Shown: one piece after another, positions 1 through 12,900 of the stretch | Layout of the letters: each line of letters begins with the position of its first letter | Numbering within the stretch: position 1 is the first letter of the stretch | Assembly (NCBI RefSeq): GCF_036588685.1 | Contig: NC_086379.1 | Span: 14,384,001 to 14,448,000, forward strand | Reading direction: 5' to 3' | DNA: 64,000 bases | From: Mytilus trossulus | Taxonomy: Eukaryota | Notes under the pieces: generated by a model | Told to the model about the DNA's origin: nothing | Databases searched by the model: none | What the model saw: the letters and a program-made list of their open reading frames with translations, nothing else | Program-made: the position numbers and the translations under genes

Positions 1-686
1 CCGTAGGGGTTTCTTATCCAGACATGCCGCATCCCGAGATGTATAACTAACTTACACCCTATTCTAAACTCTATATTGTTAACATTGATTATCAAATGAA
101 AAAAAAAAAAACAATAGCATATATTTTATTGACAATATCAAACCATGATTTATAAGATTTTTTGGTTATTACATGAAATACCCACTAGTAACCTTTTTTT
201 GGTTATCTTCGATCATACTTTGACAAGTGAGTATGTTTTACCAATGTCAAGGTTGTTTTGCATATTCCAAATAAATCCTTGGATTGATATGGATCAGCAG
301 GTCAAGGTTGACCGTATCGTGTATTCATATTAAAAACAAAAAATACGTCATGCTCCTTGTATGCAGTTGTCAATATGGAAGGGTATGAGACGGACGACAT
401 TTCTTAGCAAGCGTTGGATTTGGTAGATGAGACTAATTTAAAAGATAAAGGCAATATCATAACCCAAAGTACTTACCTGTATCAGTTTACTAAGGTAATC
501 ATAACTATATTTTCTATCTTTAATACGGTTTTATGGGGAAAAAGCCCCCTCTTCTCGAGAATGAATAAACATTCATATTCGGACCTACAAAGGGATAAGT
601 GTGTCTGCAAAAGAAACCCGACTTCCAGGCACGCTCAGCATACAAAGATACAGATTTAATATTTCGTAACTCTCTCTTTTGCGGAA

Positions 687-809
687 GAGGGGCTGATCCA
701 GCTGGGGTTCCTAACTCAAAAGAAAGGGGCGGGGGTTCAAATAAGTCAAATACATTGATCTTTTAAATATGGTCCAACCCGCAGAACCCCTACCCCGGAT
801 CGGCCACTG
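687..809. mobile_element. Degenerate GC-rich MITE
   Basis: aggggctgatccag ... ccggatcggccactg form imperfect inverted termini. Confidence 0.45.
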
Positions 810-1532
810 GATAACGGGGGGGGGGGGGCGGCGAGAGTTAGAATCCCCCTTTTTATAATAGAAACATATGACTGGGATAAAAAAAATGTTACTTTCAGCA
901 AAGGAGTAATTGAAGGATTTTTTTAATTTATAATAAATGCTTAATTTTTTTTCTCTATTGGAATTTCCTTAAATGTTTTTTTTTTTATATCTTGAAACAA
1001 TTTGTAGTGAACACTGTAAGTAATTTCTTGTGTTCATGCTATTTAAAGAATATTTCTATTGTTACGAATAACAATGGACTTTGTTTGCGGGATGTAGAAG
1101 CAGGGGTTTCCAGAAACCCCGCTTGTCACAGCCTGTGGTCAAAATCCATTGTTATTCGTAACAATAGATCTATTCAATTTACACGTGTTTCAAAAATAGA
1201 AACTATGAACTATAACAATAGAGCTGGGGTGTAACCCTTATTAATTAGTGTCAAATTACATAAAAGAAGTAAATTTCTATAAATTATTTTATAACCTAAT
1301 TAGTACATCAAAGTTCCTATCAATTTCATAATTTATCAACCGTAACATTTACAAGAAGTTTTAACACCTGTGACAAATATCGATCTTTGTTACCGGTATT
1401 CTAAGGATTAACTGCATCAGTAATTAATACATCAGAGGTCATTCAGGTAACAAAAAAAAATTAACTATAACAATAGACACTTATTTGATTTAATAACAAT
1501 AAAGAAACTCACTTATAATTATATATTTTTTA

Positions 1533-2398
1533 GGAGAATTTCTTCTTCCTCAGATAATCTATGGCGGAAAAACTGACAAATGCCACCCTACTTATAAATT
1601 TCCTTCCGACTGGGACATTACGAATTCGGAAAACCATTGGGCAATATTTGATGTCTTTAGAGCTCAGATGGGAGAAAATTTTCTAGCTTTCTTGGACGAA
1701 AAAAACATTAAAGTCGTGTTTGTCCAACCATGTTGCACAGACAGATTACAACCGCTAGAGTAAGTGTACAAAAAGCAGTAAAAAATAAAATGTTTAACTT
1801 ATTTGAACAATGGTATTCTAATAAAATCGTTAAACATTTGGATGGAAAAGAAATTGTTGATTCCGAAATTGAACCTTTTGTGCCGGTTGACTTGTCTGTA
1901 ACACGACTTAAACCATTATCAGCAAAATGGTAAGTACATATGTTCCAACACATAAAAACAAGCCTGATACTGTCCGTAGTGGATTCCGTGAAACAGGTAT
2001 TAGTGGCGCTTTGATTATCTTGAAGACGAACTTCCGCAATCAAAAATGTCACGAGACAAGTAAATCAAAGATATATCTGTAAATACTGGACTATTCAAGA
2101 CATGTGTTTTAACTAAAATAGTGTTTCCAACTACCAAATGTTTTTATTTTTACTATTAAAATCATCATTTCTTTTAATTTCATGTATTTATACAGAACTA
2201 CAACACAGATGTTTCAAATGTTTTCTTCCTGTAAATTTGTAAAACTTTTTTTTAACTGCAATGATTTTAGGTACCGCCAAAATATTTTATTTGGGAATTA
2301 TAAATCCGCCTAAATAAAAACCGCCAACATTTTTCGTATACCTTGTTGCCCCTCAATCGCGAAAATTTACACCCGCGAAAAAACCCCGCTATACGGTA
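1533..2398 (+). mobile_element. pogo/Tigger-like DDE transposase relic with probable right terminus
   Basis: GEFLLPQIIYGGKTDKCHPTYKFPSDWDITNSENHWA/IFDVFRAQ...CTDRLQPL, frameshift, VSVQKAVK...LKPLSAKW. Terminus ...cgcgaaaaaaccccgctatacgg followed by TA at 2397-2398. Confidence 0.75.
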
Positions 2399-3809
2399 AT
2401 TGAATTTGTTTTGTATAAAAAATGACGACCTTTCTGTTATGTTTCTGTCCTTGGAAGATGCACTATATTTTGCATGGTCAAGTTTTAGTAATGACCACAT
2501 CATCTATCAATATTGTACACTAACGTACAAATAATCTGCTATTAACAATGTCTATTCTATTTTTAACCGAAATGATTTGTGGTATAGACTTGAAAGAAAG
2601 ACACATTATGCCAACATGTACAAATGCAAAACAAATATTTACGCTAGAACTTTCAGAAATGACGTCCTTTAATGAAGTAAAATAGAAATGCTATTTAGAT
2701 ATGATAAGATGTGATATGATTGCCGACGCAACACTTTTACATATAAGTCACAATTTGTTAAAGTAAACCATAAAAGGTATAATTATGGTCTTCTACACGA
2801 AGCTATAGCTCACACTGAACAGCAAGGTTTAAAGGGTCAAACAAATGAATAGTGTTAAACCATTCAATATATATGTATAAATGACAAATAGATTTTCTTT
2901 CAACTTAATATGCGTAATGATTTGATTGTGTAATAGTAATTATGATAGCCAAAGTGCGCACATATTTGTTATTAAAGTACGAAAATATTCATATGTATGA
3001 TAAAAACAAATTAATAATTGTACCAATAATCATACATAATGGGATGTATGGATAAATAGTAAAATCACAAAAATACTGAACTTAGAGGAAAATCAATTCA
3101 AAAAGTCCATATTCACATGGCATTATCAAATAACAAAACGCATCAAAAAAGAATGGACAAGAACTGTCATATTCCTGACTTGATACAGTAGTTATCAAAG
3201 GTACCAGGATTATAATTGAGTACGCCAGACGCGCGTACAGGCATTTTCAAATGTGGAAAATTGTGGATTAAACTTGGTTTTATAGCGTCAACTCTCTCAC
3301 TTTGATGACAGTCTCATCAAATTCCGTTATATTTACAATGATGCGTTAACTAAACAAATAAATAAAACAGTCAAATAAATATACAGGAATTAATCAATAT
3401 AATATATGTTTTATTTTACTTTCTCATTTTATTCACTACCAGTAAGTTAGAGTGTTATTCTACGTTGACCCTGTGGGTTTATGTAACCGAGAATTATAAG
3501 TTAGAAAAGATTTATAGAATTGTTACCAAAAACCAAAATATTGAAACGAAACATAAGACTGAGGAACAAGCTTCTAATTCAAACCCAAAGAATACGCTTA
3601 TATACTTAAGCTTTGTTTTAGCTCTTTTTTTATAAAACTAAATTTCACTTGTTTAATCAATTGTAAGTACTTATAAAAGATTCGTACAGCTAACATGAAA
3701 ACATTTTGAGATGTATATGTTTGCTTCAACGATTTGAAAAACAAAAACATATGGAACAATGAAAGTTGACAACATAATATCATAGCCATATACTTTCCAT
3801 ACTTTATAC

Positions 3810-3911
3810 CTCATTCTTTTGATTTGGATCTAAATTTGATGTTTCGAGTAACAGTTTGACTGTTTCGAGTTCTCCAGTTCTAGCAGCTATGTGTAAAACA
3901 GTGTTTCCATT
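3810..3911 (-). CDS. Ankyrin repeat exon NGNTVLHIAARTGELETVKLLLETSNLDPNQKNE
   Basis: 102 nt, tttcag/GTATAA; last exon confidently found. Confidence 0.88.
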
Positions 3912-6900
3912 CTGAAAAAATAACAGTTGAAATATTTACAGTTCTTCCAAATATTCTGCTAAAAACAAAAAAAAACAGATTGAATACATACAATTAATAG
4001 TACACACCGTTTTTAATATGTAAGTTACGTGTAAACGTTAATTTTGTCAACAACTTGTTGATCGAGTCTGAATAAATTTGATTTCGCCTTACTCAAAATA
4101 ATTGAATACTTATTTATTTATTTATTTTTTTTAATATAAAACATATTTTATTAACAATCGCCTGTTACATCAACCCTCAGTTGCCCAGGGGAGCATTTGT
4201 CGGGGAAATACCAAATGAGAAAAAAAACTCCCACGATAAATTATTAACATCAACCTTTAAACATATTATCTATCCTTGTACAAATGTACATGTACCTGCA
4301 ATCATTATCGATCCATATATCTTTACCTCTCACCATATATAATTTTTTCAGTAAAGTATGTATCTTTATTTATTTCTCACAAAAACTACCTGTATTTATT
4401 AAGCAGTTTTTAATGTTACGGTACATCAAGTCTTTGGTTATGTTAATTTCAATTACATTTAAATTCTGGTCATGTTATCACGTGCGATTTGTTGAAGGGA
4501 TGTGTTACAGTAGTTCATTCATAAAAAAATGGATTATTTAATGATTTTTGATTTCCAAAAAGGTTTTATTTCAAAGATATGGTGAGTAAATATTTGTTTA
4601 TAAAATGAACCTGTTGATACAACATGTCTTGTTACAATTAGATGATATACCTGAATTACATACACAATAGAAATGACATGTAGGGAGTTGAGAGCAGTGT
4701 AAATATTATTATTCAATCAGTATCAAAGAGATCATAGCACTGACCTGACCACACAAAATGTATATGTATATACAAAAAATGTTACACATAAAAGAAAAGG
4801 CTTCGTTTTTCGTATTCGGTTAAAAAATATTTGAGCAAAAATTGCATTTCTTGTTCTATGTAGTAACTTCCATTGAAGTTGTTTAGTTTTCCTGTTAGCT
4901 AAATTCTTATTCAAGGTTTCCCAAATGTATTCCCAGGGTAGCTTATTCCCAAAATGTAAATTCCACTTAAACTGGCTTTTTGGAGCTGTTTTATTCTCAT
5001 AGAAGTTTCTAATATTTTTTTGGCACCAACGACAACTCCATTTTTTATAAATTGACAAGAATTTATTATTTTTATAGGTCTATCAGAGTGACTTTGCATG
5101 CTAGAGTCTGTTTTTAAAACGTCAATTTGTTGAGGTGTTAACGAAGATTTAATGCGGCTATATTGTGCTATCCAATTTCTTTTATCCATCAGACGGTTAA
5201 AAATATCAAAAGAAGTTTTAAAGGATTTATTGTTTAAGTCACATATATCTTTCTTTTTTTTTATTCCACTGGAGGCAAAATTTGCATAATATAATGCATG
5301 TCCCTTGAACTTAAATTTAAAATTGCCGAATATATATTTTCTTCTAAAAGGTCCTCTTTTGTGACCGATGTTTGGATTTTCTGTAAGTCAGACCAGGAAA
5401 TTAAAAGTTCTTTATAATATTTGGACATTTGTTTTTGCCTAAAACATGAAGTGTCCGAACAAGAACACATAAAAAAATCTGTATCATATTTTTCGTCTAG
5501 TGACGTCAACCAGTATTTTCCTATTGCATTCCATTTTTGTGTTATTGAGTTGACAATACTGTACATACTTTTCACCTGTTTTGATTTAATAAAGTCCCTT
5601 AAGTTTATCATTCCTATCCCCCCTTTTTCTTTCGGTAAACAGCACACTGTTCTAGCGATTTGGTTTGTTTTCCAATCCCATATAAAGGACCATATAATAT
5701 TATTTATTTGTTTTTCGAATATGTCCGGGATACCTCTAATTTCAATTTCGTATCCAATGACAGACAGTACAAAGGATTTAATAATTAAGACTTTTCCCGT
5801 AAAAGTGAGATCTCTTGATTTCCAAACTTCCATACAGCTTTTTATCTTATTTATTTTTTCTAACCAAATTTGATCTAAGTCCACCCCGTATCCATGTTGT
5901 ACCCCTAATGCTTTAACAGGACGCTTAGACCATTTAATTTTGTTAAATTTTGGTTTTTTATTTCACCACTTGCCTAAATACATGCCAACAGTCTTATCCA
6001 TATTCATTTTAGCCCCGAAGCGTTTTCGTACAGTTTTAAAGTTTTAAATGTTTCTTCGATAGACTCCTCACTTTTATTAAAGAGTTGAGTATCGTCAGCA
6101 AACATATTTAGCTTAGTTTCAATATAGTCCCCAGTTCTAGTAGGAAGTTTTATTCCTTCTATATTAGGATTGTTTCTAATTGAAGCTGCAAGTGGTTCTG
6201 CTTGCAGGATATATAACACCGGGGCTATTGGGCATCATTGACGAATTGAACGGGTTATCTTATATACTTATTTTTCTTCAAAGAACAGCCTTTGCCCCAA
6301 AGCAACTGAATTACACACTGTGGATGGCTTTGAATTCCATGTGAATTTTGCACGTCAATTTTCTTTGAGATTTTAAGATTTATTTTGGGGTTTTGTTTGT
6401 TGCGAGTGGGTACTTAAATGTCAAGTACGTCTAAGAATTGTTTAAGTTGACTATGTAACGATTGACAACCCTCTTGTGTGGTACAATCTATACCTTGTAT
6501 ATTTTTTTAGGGTCTATTGTTGTTCTTTCTAATAACAGTCTAACTGTTTTTAATTTTTCTACTTCTGCAGCTGTATCAAATGGAGTGTCCCCATCCTAAA
6601 ACAGAAATGCAACGATGTTCAGAGAACTAAAAGAAAAGGAAGAAACATTAACTAATCTTATCTGAATAATGTTATTTTGAAACAAGTCATTTGTATTGAT
6701 TTTAATTTTGAGCTTAAGTGAACAAACATGGTCATGGTGACGTGTTTTCATTTCTCATCTATATTGACAAAGATTGCCAGTTCCCCAACAAAAGGTTGGT
6801 GGTTCTCTTAGTTTACTTCAGCTCTCTCCACCAATTGATACTGTCACTAAACTTGATATTAAACATATTATTCGTCAATAAACCAATGAACCAACAAAGC

Positions 6901-9900
6901 CTTAGTGACACTCATATATTGAAGATAGGTATCATTACAGACAAACCTCTAGATAGAGTTATGAGTGAAGGCAATTTAAATTGGATACGATGAAACTTAA
7001 GTAGTCAAACGTATTTAGAAGAAACAAACGAATTGCCTTATCTACATCATATGATACAAGGTGGAAAGTTATTTCATTGCGAATCATATCACAATCCTAA
7101 TTTCATATAGATCAACATATAAACGGTCTATGGTAAGAAGAAAAAAAGAAACAATCCAGTAATAGGAAAAAAGATTTGAAAAAGTCTATAAATTTGTTCT
7201 AAATCACATCATCATAATGAATAGGTTCTCATGCATGTACATCATTCGTACACCGTTCGGGAAGCGTGCGTACAGCGTACGGGCATCGGCCGTGCATGGT
7301 TCGGGCATCGTTCGTATTGTTAACTTTTACGTTACACGGACTGTACTATGCAATTCAATATATGACATTATACATTTTAATTGAACTATGGTCATTGTTA
7401 CGTTGAATTAATTTGTCAATTAATATTATTAATAATATTGCTTTTGAAAAAGAAACACTAACATTTCCAAAATTATCCACAAAATACTAATTAAAATTCA
7501 TTGATTTATAGAGAGAACATGAAAATTTACGCATTTTTCCAGAAGAATTCTACAATGTACTTGAAAGACTCCCTAGCAAGTTAATTAGTTAAAATGCATA
7601 ATGAAGTATTCCAATAAATAAAACAAAGTGAGTTACCTTAATTTGTGCAATGAACCAAAGGTTGGATAGCTTTATAAATATTTACTTTTTATGACTTTCT
7701 GAAAATAATGTTTAGTGGATTATCAGCCACAAACTGTTTCTTAATAAAATGTATGTACTGATGATTTTTTAAATCTTTAACACTTGATTAATCAATAAAA
7801 AATCATTCTCTTTCTCGTTATTTTTCGCATTTATAAGTTTCAGGGTGTTGAAATTGGTTCATAGAAAAATACTGCCTCAAACATTTGAAAAATGGTTCCC
7901 GGTACATTACAGTATAATATTGTTTAAGCAAACAATGTTTCAATCGAATCTGATGAACACCCTTTTTGAGACTGGTTGTTAATAATCTAGATTGTATCTT
8001 CCTGTTTTTGACAAGTGTATGAAGGAACTATGAACCAAAAGAAGAAAACAAAAAAAGGCGATGACAAAACGCATTACTCACCAATTTTATATTTGAAATG
8101 AGGAATATATAACACAAATAGTAATGGATGTAACATTGCCATTAAGAAAGAGTTTTATTAGATTTGAAATTTCAAATATTAATTACTAATAATTCAACAG
8201 ATAAATTTAGGTATAGGTCCTTGTACTAATGAAACTGCAAAGATCAATAATATTAATTAAAACCAATTTTTATGTGTTCAGCTTTTGCAGATTAACACAT
8301 CTTATATTCTTAAAAAAATTAAAACATATGGAAACGGTGAATGTGTTAACGACTCAAAACCCCAACCAAAAGAGCAGAATACAGCACAAGGCCATCAGCA
8401 CAGCCAGAACATCCGGTACGAACAAGCAGTTACACAAATGTGTAGTAGTGTATAAAAGGTGGACATCACAACAATAAACCACGATCCATATAATTGAACG
8501 GAAATTTGAAAAATGATATACAAGACTAGCAATGGTCAGAGGTTCCTGATTTCGGACAGCCACAAACATGCCTCAGGCTTAAACATGTTTTATGAGATCC
8601 CAACGTTCTCCCTTTATCTTCTATAAGTTGAACCTATATGTTCGGTTTTGATCAGACTCGTGAATCATAATAAACAGCTTATCAACAAGTATAAAAGTGC
8701 CCAAATTTTGACTATTTTATTTATATGTGTCTGTTTAGTAAACGCATCATTGTAAATATAACGGATTTGGATGAGACTGTTATCAAAGGCAGAGGTTCAG
8801 CGCTATAACATCAGGTTTAATCCACCATTTTCTGCATTTGAAAATGCCTGTATAAGTCAGGAATATGACAGTTCTTGTCCATTCGTTTTTGATGTGTTTT
8901 GTTATGTGGTTATGGACTTTTCAAATTTATTTTCCTTTATGTTCAACATTTCTGTAATTTCACCTTATACATGACCTCATGAAATTCGTTGATATTGGCA
9001 TTTTTGTTTCTTTGGGGGGTTTTGTTGTTGTTGTTGTTTTTGTTCATATAATTCCCCTCCCCTCTGATATCTAGTATTTTACTAAGATATGTGTTTATAA
9101 ACAACATTGTTTAGGCATTCATTTCAATTGACAATTTAACAAAGTCAGTCAATACCTTATTTACGCTTTTTGGATCGATCATTGTTCTTTCTAATAACAA
9201 CTGAAGAATGGTTGGGTCTCCACCTCTACAAGCTGAGTGTAAGAGAGTGTCACCGTTCTGAAATAAAGAGGTTGCAATCTTTACAGTAGCATACGTTGGT
9301 ATAAAAAAAAAAGTAGAAATGATCTGAAAACATAAAACAGCATCCGGCAAAAATTTGAAAAGTGAAAAATTAAAGATCGTTTTTGTAATAACATTTCTCT
9401 TAAACCGTAAAAATTAAAATCATGAAAAACTCCGAGGAAAATTCAAAACGGAATTCCCAAATCAAATTGTAAAATAAAAAAAGCTCCGTCACATTTAACG
9501 AGTACATAACAATTGTATAAGAACACAACTTGTGTACAAGAAAAATGTTCAAATGCAAGTTATTCAGCCTGAGACAAAGTTTCATCTTAGCTAATTCAGC
9601 TACCTTCACTAACAAAAACTGGACATTTAGCTAAAAGGCATTATCACTGAGCATGGCTATAATCAACATGAACTAAATTAACAAATATTAGATTGGTAGG
9701 TTGTATGATACTCATAGTACGGGCAGACATTACGAGTGTTGTCTCAATAATAATACAATATACATAAAAAATGACGCAATGACCGTTATCGACAGCATTT
9801 TTGTAAAAAGACACAACATGTTAACATCTTCTGAAAAATTGTCTCATTGGAAATCAAATGATTTTATTTTTTTCATAAATATGCATACCTGAAGGTACCT

Positions 9901-12900
9901 TTATAATTATCAAACAAGAAAAAGTAATAAAATAAGTTCATGATAATCAAAGGATGGCACATTCCCCATTGCCAATTTCAATTTTATGCAATAGGAAAAG
10001 TACAGCTAGAAATATGACACCGATATTATATAAGTTATCACATTTTGCTGAAGACACAATGTCACATTTGAATTGAGGTTTAGCATTCTTAAAGAAAGCT
10101 TTAGTGGAATACGGTTGTGTGTCACAAGTGCAATGTTTTATAAAGATTAAAATCATTTTTTAAATTAGAAATGTGGTAAAGATTTTCCTATTTTAAAATA
10201 GATACTTATCGTGAACCACATTAACTCTGTAATTAAATGATATTACTGTGGGTGTTTAACTGGATAAAATTATAGGGTTATACAGCAAACCATGTTTTTT
10301 ATTTGAAATACAGGAATGAATAAAACACATGGTAATGGATGTAAAATTGCCCTTGAAAAAGAGCCTTTTATTAGATTTATATTTTAAGATGGGTTAGGTG
10401 ATTCAGCACGTGAATTAAAAAAAGGCAGTAATATCATTAAATTGACTAGTATGATTAGTTTTTTCGATTCGTTAAAAGTGAATCCCATGATTAGAAAAGA
10501 ATGATAAATTTCGTTGTTCAACTTATTTTAATCACTGCATTTACTAATCACTGTATTAATTTTTATTCGTATGTTTAATTTTTGGTTAATAAGCAAGTGT
10601 TTCTACAATGCATTGTAAACCAGGGCCTTTAAAACTCCCTTATCTGCAACAAATCATAACACTCTACTCTTTAAGCAGTTTGTGGGTGTCAATAACATGA
10701 GAATAATGATTAAATACATATATTATAACATGATTATATTTTTTTTTTATTGAAATATAGTCATATTTTAAATGTGTTTCCAATTCAAAATGAAATGTGC
10801 ATTAGCAACTGAAAAATCATTTCAGTATTTTAAAAGATTTATGGCATTTTGTTGACCATACAAATGGTTTAGGGTATATTTCGTATTAATAAACTTTTGC
10901 ATTTTACTTAAATCATGACTGTGGCCAGAGTGTTTTATGTTTTTGTAAAAAATATCTTGGTATCTAAAATAATGAGGACTTGCAAGTGGTCGAAAAATAA
11001 ACCAACATATTGCATCTGAGTAACTTGAAATTTTAATTCTATAAAAAAAAAGTTTGAATTGTTATTTCATCATCCCCAAGGTGGCTGTTCTAAATCGGAA
11101 ATAATGTCAGTGATTGTCTTTGGTCCTCAAAAAAATGTATCATTTACTGCATGATCTTCATGGAATGTGTCCGACGGAAACAGTGATAGCAATGACAATT
11201 TGAAGTCTTTGTTTTACATATCCACATGATAATGATTCATTAAATAAACTTTAGTTCCTGTTTTTGTTAATTAAGTACAACCTTCTATACATGATACAGA
11301 TACGCGTTTGTTTTATTAATGACGAAATCATTGGGTTTCAAAAGTCAGTCGACGCGTAGGTGAAGGTGATTTCTTTCACGTCTGTATTTCATCAAGTATG
11401 ACATGCCAAGTTAACATTTAAGATAATCATTACGGATGGTGTTGATATATAACAGAACTGTGATCGATTATAGTTCATCAGGCATAAAAAGAGACGGGTG
11501 CCAATTTTAAATATTCTGTTTTGTTATTTGTATAGGCATTATGCACAGTCTGTCACAGTGGTATAATTTAGAGAAGATTTCAAAACTGAAATAACGACTT
11601 CTTCGTGTTCTTTATTGAAAAAACCCTGTCAGAACATTAAAAAAAAACAATAATAATTAAAAACCAATTGTTCAGAGAACAATTGAAGGTCTTTCCACTA
11701 GTAAAGATCTATTTTGATATTGATATAGGAAAAATCAGTTAATAATGTTAGTTCCAATGGCTTTATGATGTATTTATATGAATTTAAAGCAAAGGTCAAA
11801 ATCTAGGACGTCCTATTAACCTATGACCTTGACCTCAATTTCAGGGTCATAAACCAAGGACCTCAAATCAAAAGACTATAGGTCTTATTTATAGTTGGTT
11901 AATGAGTTATTTCACCATACGCATATTTTAAAATACAAGGGGGGAGAAAACACCTTTTTACGTTCAACGTATCCTTGCAATCAAAATTTACGTGTACCGA
12001 CATGTCGCAACAAACAATTAAGTTAACATAATTTGTCGTTATCTTATACAGTTTCTGGAAATAAGAGAGAATAAGTCAAATTCAAAATTGAAATATGATC
12101 TTGACCTTTGACCTTGACCTAATTTTCATTTTTTGGACCAAGGACCTGAAATCAAACGTTCCTAGGTCTCTAGCACTTATGGCTTACAAGATAGAAATGC
12201 ATATCACTTATATCACATGGATAAGGGGAAATAACTCTCATATGGAGCGTTCATATCGCTTCGGTCAAAATAGGACAAATCATGCGAAGGATATAACGAG
12301 AAATTTTGAAAAATAAATTTGTCGTAATCTTTTACGGTTGCGAAGGAGTTGTGCTAACAAGGAAAACAGTGTTTGGGGAGATAACTCCTACAAAGAAAAG
12401 TATTCGGTTACGCAGGGTAAATTTCAAAAGCGCATAAACTGTTCGATATCATATACGAAATATCTAAGCGACATGTTGCGAAACAAATATTTATCTAAGA
12501 AGCAAATAAGGCGGAAGAAAAAAAAAAAATAAAAACCAATTGTTCAGAGAACAATTGAAGGTCTTTCCACTGGTAAAGATCTATTTTGATATTGATATAG
12601 TAAAAATCAGTTAATAATATTAGTTCCTATGGCTTTATGATGTATTTATATGAATTTAAAGAGAAGGTCAAAATCTAAAATGTCCTATTAACCTATGACC
12701 TTGATCTCAATTTCAAGGTCACAAACCAAGGACCTCAAATCAAAAGACTTCAAGTCTTATTTATAGTTGGTTAATAGGTTATATCACCATACGCGTATTT
12801 TCTAATACAAGAGGGGAGAAAACTCCCTTTTACGTTCAACGTTCCCTTGCAATCAATATTTACGTGTAACAACATGTCGCAACAAACAAATTAGGTAAAA

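Noticed and set aside
371-520. Terminal exons of the ankyrin gene (strong donor at 476; SHLPNPT...PY* frame)
   Set aside because: Would need a 44-nt intron and has no protein motif support. A candidate exon at about 2430-2503 is similarly unsupported.
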